A DNA stretch of 64,000 nt from Eledone cirrhosa (taxonomy: Eukaryota), in assembly GCA_964016885.1 (NCBI GenBank), contig OZ024747.1, positions 8,556,001 through 8,620,000 on the forward strand, written 5' to 3'. Positions within the stretch are counted from its first letter, which is position 1; each line of letters starts with the position of its first letter. The notes beneath the pieces were generated by a model that did not search any database, was not told where the DNA came from, and saw nothing but the letters and a program-made list of their open reading frames with translations. Position numbers and translations under genes: made by a program. This document shows, piece after piece, positions 1 to 13,079 of the stretch.

Positions 1-41
1 AACATTGTTTCATCCGCACTATAAGTGGGACTCATCAGAGC
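1..41 (-). ncRNA. Type I hammerhead ribozyme motif (cut by window edge)
   Basis: Minus strand: CTGATGA GTCC-CAC ttata GTG-C-GGAT GAAA CA a TG TT. Core, stem II and short stem III present; 3' strand of stem I lies outside the window. Confidence 0.6.
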
Positions 42-647
42 ATAAAGGTTAATTACATATATATATATATATATAGTAATAATAATAATAAACATTGCTA
101 GGGAACGTCTTCCTGTTTTCCTTTGGTTGCAACGTTTTTCGAAATATTTACTTCTACGTTCACAGATTGATTTCTTTTAGTTTCAGAAGATCCCATTAAG
201 GGTGAAAGCAGCGATTCTTTGCTTAAACTTTAATCTGTTATTTTAATAAATATATATCACACATATATGTTTTAGGCTAACTTTGAAAACACAAAGAAGA
301 AAACTTTCTGTTTCCAATGAAACCAATAATAAAATTTAAGGTTGTGTGTCTAAGGCAGTTCACCATCTTAAAGATTATAATCTACAATTAGATTATAATC
401 TATAATACACTGATGTGTTCAAACTAATGTCCTTGTCTTCGTTGTTGTAGTCCTAATGTAGTCCTAAGGTTGTTGTAGTCCTAATGTTTCAGAAGGTTCC
501 GGTCTCTTATATTCTTTAATGTTCTCAGAATTCAGAGAGAAACAATGTCTTAACATTGGATCAGGACTGTTTCTGTTATGTTTGGACTATAGATCCTGAA
601 TTTCATTTATCTACTTCTTTGACCAATAAATAGGATTTTTTCATAAA

Positions 648-1011
648 TCCTTTAGCATTTAAACCGGCCATATCCGGACGGAATTCTCTCACCCTTTCTG
701 TTCAAACTGGCCAAAACTGGTTGTTCATACTGATCTTAAGGTATTGTTCTCAAAAGAAATAATATCAAAATCTCGTAAATTCAATATTATGTGAGATAAT
801 TATGTGAAATAACGTGTTTACTGTGAAAATACAATAGTATATATAGAGTAATGTAAATGTTATGTGAGATATTATGTGAGGTAAAGCCTTTACTGTGAAA
901 ATACAATAGTATATATAGAGTAATGTAAATGTTATGTGAGATATTATGTGAGGTAAAGCCTTTACTGTGAAAATACAATAGTATATATAGAGTAATGTAA
1001 ATGTTAAAGGA
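648..1011. mobile_element. piggyBac-type MITE with internal 72-bp triplication
   Basis: Degenerate TIRs (T)CCTTTAGCATTTA / TAAATGTTAAAGGA, followed by TTAA; homologous to the copies at 51703 and 55645. Confidence 0.7.
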
Positions 1012-1599
1012 TTAAACAAACTACAAATTCAAAGAGAATGAATGTTTTGTTTATTTTTCTTTTCACTATGACACTTCTTCTCATTGAGACTCCTCTGTAT
1101 GTTTCACCTTTAATTATTTTCAAGTGTCATTTCAGTTTTAGAGTGCAAAAGAATGTGATTGCAAATACAAGTGGCCAAAATGGGGTTCCTACTAAGGGTC
1201 TTCAGATTAACATTAGTCAATAGGGTTCAGAGTTTAGAGAACAGGGAATCATTGCAGGCAGAGCCGCTCCACGTAAAGCTGCTACTGAGAGATCAAGAGG
1301 GTTACATAACATATTCACATCCATAAGCTCAGTTGATCTCACTTGGAGACCAAACCAGATCATTTTGAAGATGGTTGATCCTGATAGGACTATCTGGATG
1401 GCATGTCTAACGACTCTGTCTCCATGACCCTCTCAGGAATAAGTGGGGAGGGTTTTAGAAGATTGGAAGTTACAATTTTGGGACTAATAATGAATATAAA
1501 GAAAATCTAAGTCATGTTCAACAACCATGCAACAAAGTCCTCAGTTAACTGTGACACTATAAGAACAACTGGTGAAACTATATATATCTTGGACACCTG

Positions 1600-2150
1600 A
1601 TAAACATAAAATACAACCATTTTGAGGAAACAAAAAGACAAATTCAGGCTGGATGATGACTATTTGGTAAATTAAAGGATATCATGGAAAGTAAAGTGCC
1701 ACTATGTCTGGAAAAGAGAGTGTTTCACCTGTGTAGCATTATAGAGTAAAGACATGGCTGATGACTAAGAACAGGGAACAGAAGCTTAGAATAACACAAA
1801 GCAGTATAGAAAAGTGTTGTATTAGGAATCAATAAAAAGGATAGAAAAACTTGTCATGGGAGAAGGGAGCAAACAAAAGTAGAAGACATCATAAAACATT
1901 AAGAAGGGAAAATGGACGTGGGAAAGGTGGTACAAACAAATGACAACAGATGAAGTAAACTATAGAATGGAGATGAAGAGGAACAGGTGGACATTGTCAA
2001 GAGAAACAGAAGAACAAGATGGAGAAATGGGATTGATAAGTTTATCAGCTTTACATGGTTGAGAGTGACTTAGGATAGGATCAATTGACTCCAGCATGGA
2101 AAAGACTTTGTCATGCAGTGATAGATAATGGCCATGAATAGTAATGAGGG
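1600..2150 (+). mobile_element. Old RTE-like LINE 3' fragment
   Basis: Decayed translation including KVPLCLEKRVF and KLRITQSSIE, RTE RT C-terminal style. Confidence 0.5.
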
Positions 2151-2644
2151 GGGGGGGGGTTCCTAATATGAAAATATTTATAAACATCAGGTTGACTTAA
2201 GATACATTGACAAAATATGAAAATTGAAACGAGATTGTCCCAATTTAATAATTGTTTCTACTTTTGGCATGAGGCCAACAATTTGAAGGGAAAGTCGATT
2301 AAATCGACCCCACTTCATTACTGGTACTTTATTTTATCAACCCTGTAAAGGTGAAAGGCAAAGCTAACCTCGGTGGGATTTGAACTCAGAATGTAAAAGA
2401 CTGTTACTCTATGCTGCAGAGCATGTTGCCGAGAGTAGAAACAATTATTATTATAGAAATGACTTCTACAGAACTAGAACTGTTTCATTCAGGAACTGAT
2501 GATTTCTTACAAATAAAACACTTCTAGTCTTATAGACGTCAATTATATTATAAAATAAAGATGCCTACACTTCACTAGCATATTGAGAACCTTTTTTAAC
2601 AGTAATCCTCTCCCGATACATATCGGGAATCCACCTACTATATA

Positions 2645-3164
2645 TAGTTGCTTCTTCTGTTGACAAAGAAGGGTTTCTCCCTGCATACAAAACGCTGGTT
2701 ATATGATGCCTGTGTGAGATGCGCGATGCTGCATGGTAGTGAGACATGTACAGCAACGGCAGAGGATATGCGACGGCTGGAGAGAAATGAAGCAAGCATG
2801 CTCCGTTGGATGTGCAATGTCAATGTGCGTGAACGACCAAGTTTCGATGAGTTGAGAGAGAAACTGTGTATAAGAGGGATAAGTTGTGGTGCGTGGGAGA
2901 GAAGACTGCGATGGTATGGACATGTGATGCGCATGGAGGATGACCGCTGGGTAAAGAAGTGCCAAGAAATCCCAGTAGAAGGAATATGCAGTAGATGGAA
3001 GACCACGAAAAACCTGGGTGGAGGTGGTGAGAGGGGACCTCAGGTCGCTGAAGCTCACAGAGAAGATGACGAAGGACCGTGACAAGTGGAGAGATGCTGT
3101 GCTGAATAGTACCCATCCCACCCTTGTAAGCAGGAAAAAGCGGCCGTAAAATGATGATGATGAT
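2645..3164 (+). mobile_element. RTE-clade LINE 3' fragment
   Basis: LYDACVRCAMLHGSET...RLERNEASMLRWMC...RRLRWYGHVMRM; ends in a (GAT)n tail. Confidence 0.85.
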
Positions 3165-3421
3165 TTCTATATATTAGTGCTGAAAGGTTCTGTCAAACAA
3201 ATATACGGAACAGAGCATTCTATGCGAAGAACAGAGCTAAATGCGCAGTTGGAAACTAATGGTAGTGATGCATACGCGTTGAGGATATATATATATATAT
3301 ATGTGTGTGTATATATTTATATATATATATACATATATATACATATATATACATATATTTATATATAGTGTAAACAAAGTTTCATACATTTAACATGTAT
3401 TTGCTACCATTTTTGTCCACA

Positions 3422-3504
3422 TGCCTGAATGAAGGGCCAACTTAAAAATACCTCCTCCGTTATACAGTGGTGGTCATGACAGCACCCCAAAACCATTGGT
3501 AGCA
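3422..3504 (+). ncRNA. Degenerate hammerhead motif within an inverted duplication
   Basis: tgc CTGA(A)TGA a GGG...CCCC AAAA CCA t TGG TA gca. GAAA appears as AAAA (CpG decay). Inverted arms 3367-3409 / 3497-3540. Confidence 0.45.
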
Positions 3505-3628
3505 CATATATGTTAAGTGTATGAAACTTTGTTGCCACTAAATAAGCTCTCTTCTAATAGATTGAGCACTGTTTTCCTTGATCTTTCATCTACAGATTTC
3601 TGTCAATGTATATAACTTCAATTCATAC

Positions 3629-3691
<63 letters not shown>

Positions 3692-3723
3692 AGAAATTAA
3701 AAGATGGTTAAAAAAGTTCCATA

Positions 3724-3794
3724 TATTTTATTATGCACATTTCAAAAACAAACATCATCCTGGGACGATAGTTGCGTTCTCATCAGATAAAATA
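3724..3794 (-). ncRNA. Type I hammerhead ribozyme motif
   Basis: Minus strand: 8-bp stem I TATTTTAT/ATAAAATA, CTGATGA, stem II GAA../..TTT with inner ATCGTCC/GGATGAT hairpin, GAAA, stem III TG-tg-CA, AUA cleavage triplet. Confidence 0.7.
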
Positions 3795-4452
3795 AGGTAA
3801 CATGATATGATGCCTAAAAAAACACTTGTGAACAAGAAAATGTCTAGTCAACATAAAACTCACCCACCTCCTACATTATATATATATATACACATAAACA
3901 CACTAGTTTTGCCCATCATATCACAGGTAATTTTTTAAATATATATTTGCCACTGTTGGTACCAGTAGGTAAATAAATAAATTTGTATAAATATATAAAT
4001 AAAAATAAACAACTAAATAGACAAAAAAAAAAAATAACTGAATTGATGTCTGCATTTGGTTAAAATAACTCCTGTTCAAACACTATGAATATAATATTAA
4101 ATACAGCAACAATGTGAGAATCAGGAAGGAAAAGAAATTGAGAAGAGAAATAAAATTGTCCTAATGTATATTCCATTCATCAAAAGAACAAAGAAAGGGT
4201 GAAAAGAATTAACCTAAACTTCATATAAACTGTTATAAGCATTCATTATGTGTGTGTGTGAGTTTGTGTGTGTGTGTGTGAGTTTGTGTGGGTGGGTGTG
4301 TGTGAGTGTGTGTGTGAGTGAGTTTGTTTGTGTGTGTGTGTGCTCTCTCACTTTGGTCGTTATGAATGCTCTTCCTTCAACCCATATATTAATTATTTCT
4401 GTACCTCTCTATATATGCTGTCAAGTATGACATTGGATAACCAACACATCAG

Positions 4453-4496
<44 letters not shown>

Positions 4497-5087
4497 AACA
4501 ATGACGTCGAAGCCAGTAGGTTAGAATTTACTTCATTTTATTGATTGCATAATCGCTGTTATACGTATTCCAATGTTAACTGTTGTGTAACAGTTAGGAC
4601 CTTAAAAGCTACCATCGAAATACGTAAACAGTAATTATGTAATCAATACAATAAAGTAAATTCTAATCTACTGGCTAATGTTAAGAAGGGTATCCAGTTG
4701 TAGAAACTAAGCCAAAATATGGGCAATGTCACTCTGACCCATCTGGTCCCAGACTGGAGAGAAATGCACTGTGTTCCGTTGAATGTATATTGTTAGTGTG
4801 CACAGTTGAATTGAGAGAAAACCTGGGCATAAGAAGAACCAAAGTTCCAAGTAGAAAGAAGATATGATAGGAATAAGATAAAGAAGACATTAGCAAAGGT
4901 AGTGAGAGATGGATGTTGGGAAGCTGAACTACATAAAAGACATGACAAAAGAGATAAGGATGACTCTGTACTGGAGAGAACTCAAATAACCTGATAATAT
5001 ACAAGAAATGAAATACGTGTTGGACTTCTGTTAGTTTCCGACAACAAATGTTGTTCAAACAGTAGGACAGCCTACTTGTGAAATTAA

Positions 5088-5320
5088 TGTACAAAACCTC
5101 ACTTCAACATACATGGTACATTGTGAATGTTGTGTGTAAAATGGAGGTGTAACTTATCTGCTTGACCTACAAAACCTTACTTCAACATACATGGTACATT
5201 GTGAATGTTGTGTGTAAAATGGAGGTGTAACTTATCTACTGGACCTACAAAACTTCAGTTCAAAATATATGGAGCATTGAAAACTTTACATGTAAAATGG
5301 ATGTGTGACTTATACATAAA
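5088..5320. repeat. ~78-bp tandem duplication
   Basis: TACAAAACCT.ACTTCAACATACATGGTACATTGTGAATG... about 3 copies. Confidence 0.8.
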
Positions 5321-5419
5321 TATATATGGTATGTTAAGGATTGAACCATTACTGCAAACTGGATTGAAGCTGAATCCCTGTTTGCAGTGGTTCAGCTCTC
5401 TTGATCAAGTTAACTAGAG

Positions 5420-5945
5420 GACAGATTGTTGATTCAAATGTTTATACTATATTTACCAGTGGACAGATCATTGTGAAAATTTGCTGTATTAATTTTTAAC
5501 ATTTTGTAATGATTTAGCAGAAAATATCTAAAAGAAAGTTTGTTAATTCAAATGTTTATACTATATTTACAAGGGAAAAGATTTATCAGGAAAATTTGAA
5601 GTATTATCTCTCTACATCCTATAATGATTTAGCGGAAGGTATCTAAAAACAAGTTTGTTGATTCAAATGTTTATAGAGTCTTAACTAGTGGACAGATCAT
5701 TATGACAATTAACAGTATTAGAGTAAAGAATGTATTTATTTTTGTGTGTGTGTGATGCTATCATAGTCTTGTTTTGTACTTTCAAAGAATGTCTTGCTAA
5801 TGTGGTTTCATGTAGTTTGTTAATTCAAATGTCTATAGCATTTTTACTAGTCTGTGAAAATATGTAATATTAGGTTAAAGGCTTTAATTTTTCATGTGAT
5901 GGAGTTATAATGCTGTTTTGTACTTTCTAAGAATGTCTTGTTAAT
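5420..5945. repeat. Diverged ~115-bp tandem repeat, also dispersed
   Basis: TTGTT(G/A)ATTCAAATGTTTATA recurs at ~5427, 5540, 5655 and 5817; reverse-complement copies at ~11027-11095 and 51985-52130. Confidence 0.7.
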
Positions 5946-6644
5946 ACATTCTTATTTGGTATAAGATGTTAAAAGTTAAATCTAAGTCAATACTTCTGTT
6001 CTAAATAATCCAACATGTGGCTCTTTAATCCCCGTTTTACATTAATTTCTCTGTTCTATATTGGATTGAACACTTCTTTAAATCTTAGAGATATGCCTGA
6101 ATCATCAAAGCTAACTCATTACTAGCATCTTAACCCTTTCCTGGCCATATTTTAATTGAAATACACTGTATTTCAATTAATTAGTGAAGGATTTGGAAGG
6201 ATTTACTAAAATTATTAATTATTTCATTTATTAAGATGGTATTTGTAACATAATATTGAGGGATTTAAATTTAAATTGGAATCCTTTAAGATGTTGATTT
6301 TATTTCAAAGAACCGGATGTAACTTTGGACAGGCTGATATCAACAAGGTTAGTGTCAAAGACTCAGTTGATCAGGGCAATTTATCTTGTCAAGGAAATAT
6401 TAATAGGAAATGGTTGCATATCATAGAAAGTTTCTTGGGTGTTTTAATGATAGAAGCCTGTCATTATATTGTTGTTACAGTTCACATGATATACTGTATA
6501 TATATATATAAATATAGGAAACTATAGTATGACCCCGACGGCAGAGCTCAAGCCATTTCGACGGCTATTTCTGTCCACTCTACTACCCTAAGTATTGAGT
6601 ACTCTGGTGCGTTATGGTCCATCTGGTTCCTTACCACACTCCTT

Positions 6645-6647
<3 letters not shown>

Positions 6648-6692
<45 letters not shown>

Positions 6693-7383
6693 TATATATA
6701 TGTATAGTATATATATATAATATATATATATAATATATATATAGTATATATATAGTATATGTATAGTATATATATATAATATATATATATAATATATATA
6801 TAGTATATATATAGTATATATATAGTATATATATATAGTATATATATAGTATATATATGTATAGTATATATATATAATATATATATAGTATATATATAGT
6901 ATATATATATAGTATATATATAGTATATATATATATATATAGTATATATATAGTATATATAGTATATATGTAGTATATATAGTATATATATAGTATATAT
7001 ATATATAGTATATTTATAGTATATATATAGATAGTATATATATAGTATATTTATAGTATATATATAGTGTATATATATATAGTATGTATATAGTGTATAT
7101 ATATATAGTATGTATATAGTATGTATATAGTGTATATATATATAGTATGTATATAGTATATATATAGTATGTATATAGTGTATATATATAGTATGTATAT
7201 AGTGTGTGTATATAGTGTATATATATTGTATATATATATAGTATATATATAGTGTATATATATTGTATATATATATATCATATATATATATATAGTATAT
7301 ATATAATGTATATATATATAGTATATATATAGTGTATATATATATAGTATATATATAGTGTATATATATAGTATACATATAGT
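6648..7383. repeat. (TA)n/TATAG low-complexity microsatellite
   Basis: Directly visible. Confidence 0.95.
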
Positions 7384-8308
7384 GTATGTCTGTACATCAC
7401 CACATGTTCCATGTATGTCTGTACATCACCACATGTTCCATGTATGTCTGTACATCACCACATGTTCCATGTATGTCTGTTCATCACCACATGTACCATG
7501 TATGTCTGTACATCACCATATGTACCATGTATGTCTGTACATCACCACATGTACCATGCATGTCTGTACATCATCATATATACCATGTATGTCTGTACAT
7601 CACTACATGTTCCATGTATGTCTGTACATCACCACATGTTCTATGTATGTATGTACATCACCACATGTTCAATGTATGTCTGTACATCACCACATGTACC
7701 ATGTATGTCTGTACATCACCACATGTACCATGTATGTATGCACATCACCCCATGTACCATGTATGTCTGTACATCACCACATGTACCATCTATGTATGTA
7801 CATCACCACATGTTCCATGTATGTCCGTACATCACCACATGTACCTTGTATGTCTGTACATCACCACATGTACCATGTATGTCTGTACATCACCATATGT
7901 TCCATATATGTCTGTACATCACCACATGTTCCATGTATGTCTGTACATAACCATATGTTCCATGTATGTCTGTACATCACCATATGTTCCATGTATGTCT
8001 GTACATCACCATATGTTCCATGTATGTCTGTACATAACCATATGTTCCATGTATGTCTGTACATCACCATATGTTCCATGTATGTCTGTACATAACCATA
8101 TGTTCCATGTATGTCTGTACATAACCATATGTTCCATGTATGTCTGTACATAACCATATGTTCCATGTATGTCTGTACATCACCACATGTTCCATGTATG
8201 TCTGTACATCACCACATGTTCCATGTATGTCTGTACATCACCACATGTTCCATGTATGTCTGTACATCACCACATGTTCCATGTATGTCTGTATATCACT
8301 ACATGTAC
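7384..8308. repeat. 29-bp minisatellite, ~32 units
   Basis: Unit TGTATGTCTGTACATCACCACATGTTCCA. Confidence 0.98.
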
Positions 8309-8369
8309 TTCTTCAAAAATACATGTGCAATACAATTCTCATTTCCCTTTGAATCTGAAGTTAACTTCC

Positions 8370-9350
8370 CCACCACCACCACTTCCACCCTCCAACCCCA
8401 CCATCACCGCCAACACTACTGACAACACCACCTCCAACACTACCAATTCCACTACCACTACCAACACCACCATCACCACCACTACAACCACTGCCACCAC
8501 TACCGTCACCAACACCACCACCACAAACACCACGACTACCAACACCAACACCACAACTAACAATTCCACCACCACCACTACCACTACCAACACCACCACC
8601 ACTACTACTTCCAACAACACCACTACCACTATCAACACCACCACTACCACCAACACTATCACCACCACTACCACCACCGCCACTACCACCACCATCACTA
8701 CCACCACCATCACTACCACCAACACCATTACCAACACCACCACTACAACCACCACTACCACCACCACCACCACTACCAACACTACCAACTCCACCACCAC
8801 CACCATCAACATCACCACCAACACCAGCACTACTACCACCAACACCACCACTACCTACATCACCACTACCACCAACACTACCAACTCCACCTCCACCACT
8901 ACCAACACCACCATCAACATCAACACCACCACCAACACCACCAACACCAATACCACCAACACCAACACCACCACCGCCACTACCACCACCACCAACACCA
9001 CCACCACTACCACCAACAACACCACCACCACTACCACCACCACCACCACCACTACCAACACCACCAGCACCACCACCAACACCAGCACCACCACCAACAC
9101 CATCACCACCACTACCACCACCATCACCACCACCATCTCTACCACCACTGCTACCACCACTACCACCAACACCACTACCAGTACCACCACCAACACCAAC
9201 AGCACCACCACTACCACCACCACCAGCACCACCACCACTACTACCAAATCCACTACCACCACCATCTCTACCACCGCCGCTACCACCAACACCACCACCA
9301 CCACCACCGCTACCACTACCACCAACACCATAACCACCACCACCACCACC
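8370..9350. repeat. Imperfect (ACC/ACT/AAC)n trinucleotide repeat
   Basis: Directly visible; source of the spurious poly-Thr/poly-Val ORFs. Confidence 0.95.
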
Positions 9351-10356
9351 GATAGAGACTTTTGATCACATAAAGGTTTATCAATGGACTCTATTTATTG
9401 GACTTGTGCGTGGGGTAAATAAATAAACCACCAAACAAACAAATAAATAGTGCCATTACCTTTTATATGATTTAGAAAGAGGAAAAAGCAACAGACATTG
9501 ATTTTTATTAGAAATATGAACAAATATGAACAAACTACATATTTTATTTGAAGCCATTCTTTTTTTTTTTCTTTTCTCAACGAAAGCTTTTATCTGTTTG
9601 AATTGCTTCAAATAAAACAGCAATGAGATTTTTAAATTCTGTGGGCCTTGTCCCTTAAAATTCATATAAATTCTCAACAGAATCCAATATTACTCTGCTT
9701 AATAAATACATTGGAATCTATTTTAATGAACCTACATTAATAATCAGTCTAATGTTTTTTTTTTATTATTGGCAAAACACTGGTAGCAATGCTTTTATGC
9801 CACACAGTATGGGCTTTTGACTTCTGTATGGATTTTTTGGCATTCAATTATCGGATAAGCTAATGACTTCACCGTATTTAATTATTATTTTTTGATAACA
9901 TATTGGTTAATTGATGTATTTGGGTCAATTAAATCAACGTTTCTCACAGTTATTACTATGTACTATTAATATATTCAGCTGAAATGGTAGAGAAGCAGAC
10001 AAGTTGATTTACTTGCCAACAACCCCATCTCTCTATCTCTCTAACTATCTATCAATCTATCCATCTATCAATCTATCCATCTATCAATCTATCTATATAT
10101 CTATATCTTCATTACACTCAAGCAAAGGGCAATGACCCCCAGAATATTATATTTTCCCTCCTTACAGCAATCAAACTGATCTACAAACTCTGCTACAGAC
10201 CAATTGTTCCCAATACAAACCCTCACCAGTTTCATCAGATTTCAGATTTCACCCTAATTGATTTATACATTCTAGTTCAGGCCTCATCTTGTGGAGTTTA
10301 AAACCCACTACGGCCAACTTTGCCTTTCAATTTTCTTAAGCATAGTAGCCAGAATA

Positions 10357-10857
10357 AGAAACAGGGTGGAAAATCTTCAGGGAGCTATTACCTCTATTGA
10401 AAACGAAAGGATTCTCTCTCCAATGAGAAGAGTAGATTGTATGATGTCTTTGTATGAAGTTTAATTCTCCATCATAGTGAGAATGGTCATTGACTGCAGA
10501 TAATATCTGAAGGTTAGAAATACATAAATCAGGCATGTTCCACAGGATGTGTAATGTTAGTGTGTGTAAACAACGAAGCACAGATGAGCTGATAGAAAAA
10601 GCTGGGTATAAGAAGAACCAAATGTAATGTGCAGGAGAGAAACTTGTGCTAGTATACACATATAATGTGAATGGCTGAGCACCGACAGGTGAACAGCAGC
10701 TTCTAGTAGAAGGTAATTGCAGAAGAGGAAGACCAATGGAGATGACAAAGAAAAGAGACAAATGTGGAAACTCTGTACTGGGAAGAACATATTTAGTGTC
10801 TGCAAGCATGGGAAAATGGACAAAAAATGATGATGATGAGGATAATAATGATGATGA
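10357..10857 (+). mobile_element. RTE LINE 3' fragment (decayed)
   Basis: Homologous to 2645-3164 (GWKIFRELLPLL, KGFSL); (GAT)n tail. Confidence 0.75.
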
Positions 10858-13079
10858 AGCTATGGGGAAAAGACGAATCTTATCTGTAAAGGAAAATACT
10901 TTTTTGTTTTAATGTTGAAATAAAGGGAGGACTTGGTGACATCAGATTCATTTTCTCTCCATGGCACACAAACTTATCCAAACTAACAAACTTCACTGCT
11001 ATATTTTACTGACACAGATCAATCTAACATTTGAATTAACAAACCTGTTTTTAGATATTTTCTGTGAAATCATTACAGATGTTAAAAGTTAAAGCAATAG
11101 GGTTTAATTGAAGGGAGATTTAACTGCTATTTCTAACAGGCTGAGCGACTACATAAAGGCTTCCTGAATGACTGATGATGTTATGTTGTTTAGTATAATG
11201 TCTGTTGTCTGTTTAATGCTTTATTTGATGCTTGATACATTGTCTCTTGCTTCATGTCTGAGTGTCTAATGTTAGAGAGGTTGGTATGATACCTATTGCT
11301 TGGCATGACATCAATGTTTGATATATAATGCAGTGTTTTGTATGATGTCTATTATCTGATGGAGGGCAGTAGATAGACACAATCAATAGACAGTCAAACA
11401 AAATGCCTTGCCACATTCAGTTATGGTCCTTTACATTTTGATTTCAAATCTCGCCAAGGTTAGCTTTGCCTCTCTTCATCCAGGATATGGAGGTGGGGAT
11501 AAAATAAAGTACCAGTCAAGTACTGGGGTAAGTGTAATCGATTGTTCCCTCCCACCAAATTTCTGGCCTTGTGCCTTTGTAAGGCTTCTGTCTGGTCAGG
11601 CTTCTGCTGGCTACTGGTACTATGTAACCCAGTACAACCTGCTTCATGGTTGAGTGGTTGGCAACTAAACCACTTCCCTCACCAGATCCTGGTCTGGTCT
11701 GGTCTGGTGAGGAGAGTAAGTGGAACTCCAGCAACACAAAAAAACAAGGAGTGTTAAAAGGGCAAATTAACTCCTCAGAGTCAATGCCCATCCACCTCAA
11801 CTATGGGTTAAATAGCCTCCCCTACCCGCAATTGACCAAGTGTGGTGAGTATGGTTACACCCCTGATATGAAAACCTGCCAGATAGTCCTATATGAGTGA
11901 GACACGGTCACCCGACCAATCTTGCCTCAAGTGGGACAACTCCCATCTAACCCATGCTAGCGTGGAAGATAGACATTAAACGATGATGATGATGATTTCC
12001 CTTTTCAACCTTACACATTTACGTAGTATGTTATGACCACAAAAAAGCTTTTCTATGTGGTCAGTAGAAATAGAAACCAAATCTCCCTCATATCACCTCA
12101 TTGTCTGTATTCATCAAGAGCCATACATTGGCTGTAGGTGCCAGGTTCTACAGATATAGCAACAGGTATTTTGGTGCATAACAGGCTACTGTTGCACCAT
12201 TCCTCCACTATATTTCAGTAGTCCACAGAAATTAAACTACCAAAATTGAAATTTATTGAGTAGTGCTGCCAAGTGTCTGGCAATCTTTGTCAGTCTATCA
12301 TAAATCATTGATGCCACATTCAACTTCCTGTTGTCAAAGACCTAGCCTACAACTCTAAACATGGAGCTGCTACTGAGGGCTGCCAACCAGGACCAACCAA
12401 CACCAGAACTTATGAAAGATAGGATCATTACACACTGAAGTAGCTAAAATATTATCTGCTACATAAAATCACACTTTGCTATCTAAAAAAATTAAGGAAG
12501 TACATGTGTGTATAGACAGATAGAAAGATACAAGATGGTCATGGCTCAAATGTTTTGTTTTTGTTTTTTATCACAGGCCTGCTTGATTAGGACTGAACTG
12601 CAGCTTAAACATAACACTACACGCCAACTTGTTTCTTTTGAAAAAGAAGTTATAAACTTGAAATAAGGTAAACATTTTAAACAATTATTTTATTGTTTTT
12701 CTTGCTTTACTCTAGTTTTCACGCTTGTATTTTTAATTAACATTGTACAGGGCTTTCTCAAAATAATCTTAACAACAGTATAGTGTTTTGGGTTTGTTTT
12801 TGTGGTAGGTGGTAACAAATAAAGTAGGGCATTCCCACAAACCAATAACTTACAAATGAAACATTGAACTAATACGGCTCTGATGAAACTGTGAAAGGCT
12901 GGAACTATGATGAAGCTGTGACAAGGTTAACAGGGTCAGCAGGGGATAACAAACAGCTTCAGAAAACAAATGGAGAGTACAACAGACTAATAAAAACAAT
13001 GTAGAAGGTTAAATTAAAAGCAACCAAAATCTGAAGAAACAAATAATAACAAGACTGCAGAAATTACTAGGAGGCACAT

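Noticed and set aside
7358-8422. His/Cys/Met-rich repetitive ORFs in several frames
   Set aside because: The 29-bp unit simply lacks stops; the period is not a multiple of 3.
8169-9365. 398-aa Thr-rich 'mucin-like' ORF and antisense poly-Val ORFs
   Set aside because: Product of an (ACC)n repeat fused to a minisatellite; no signal peptide or splice context.
12888-12940. Hammerhead at GCT-CTGATGA...CAGGGTC-AGC (also 57858-57890)
   Set aside because: GAAA and stem II are not recoverable; counted only as possible remnants.
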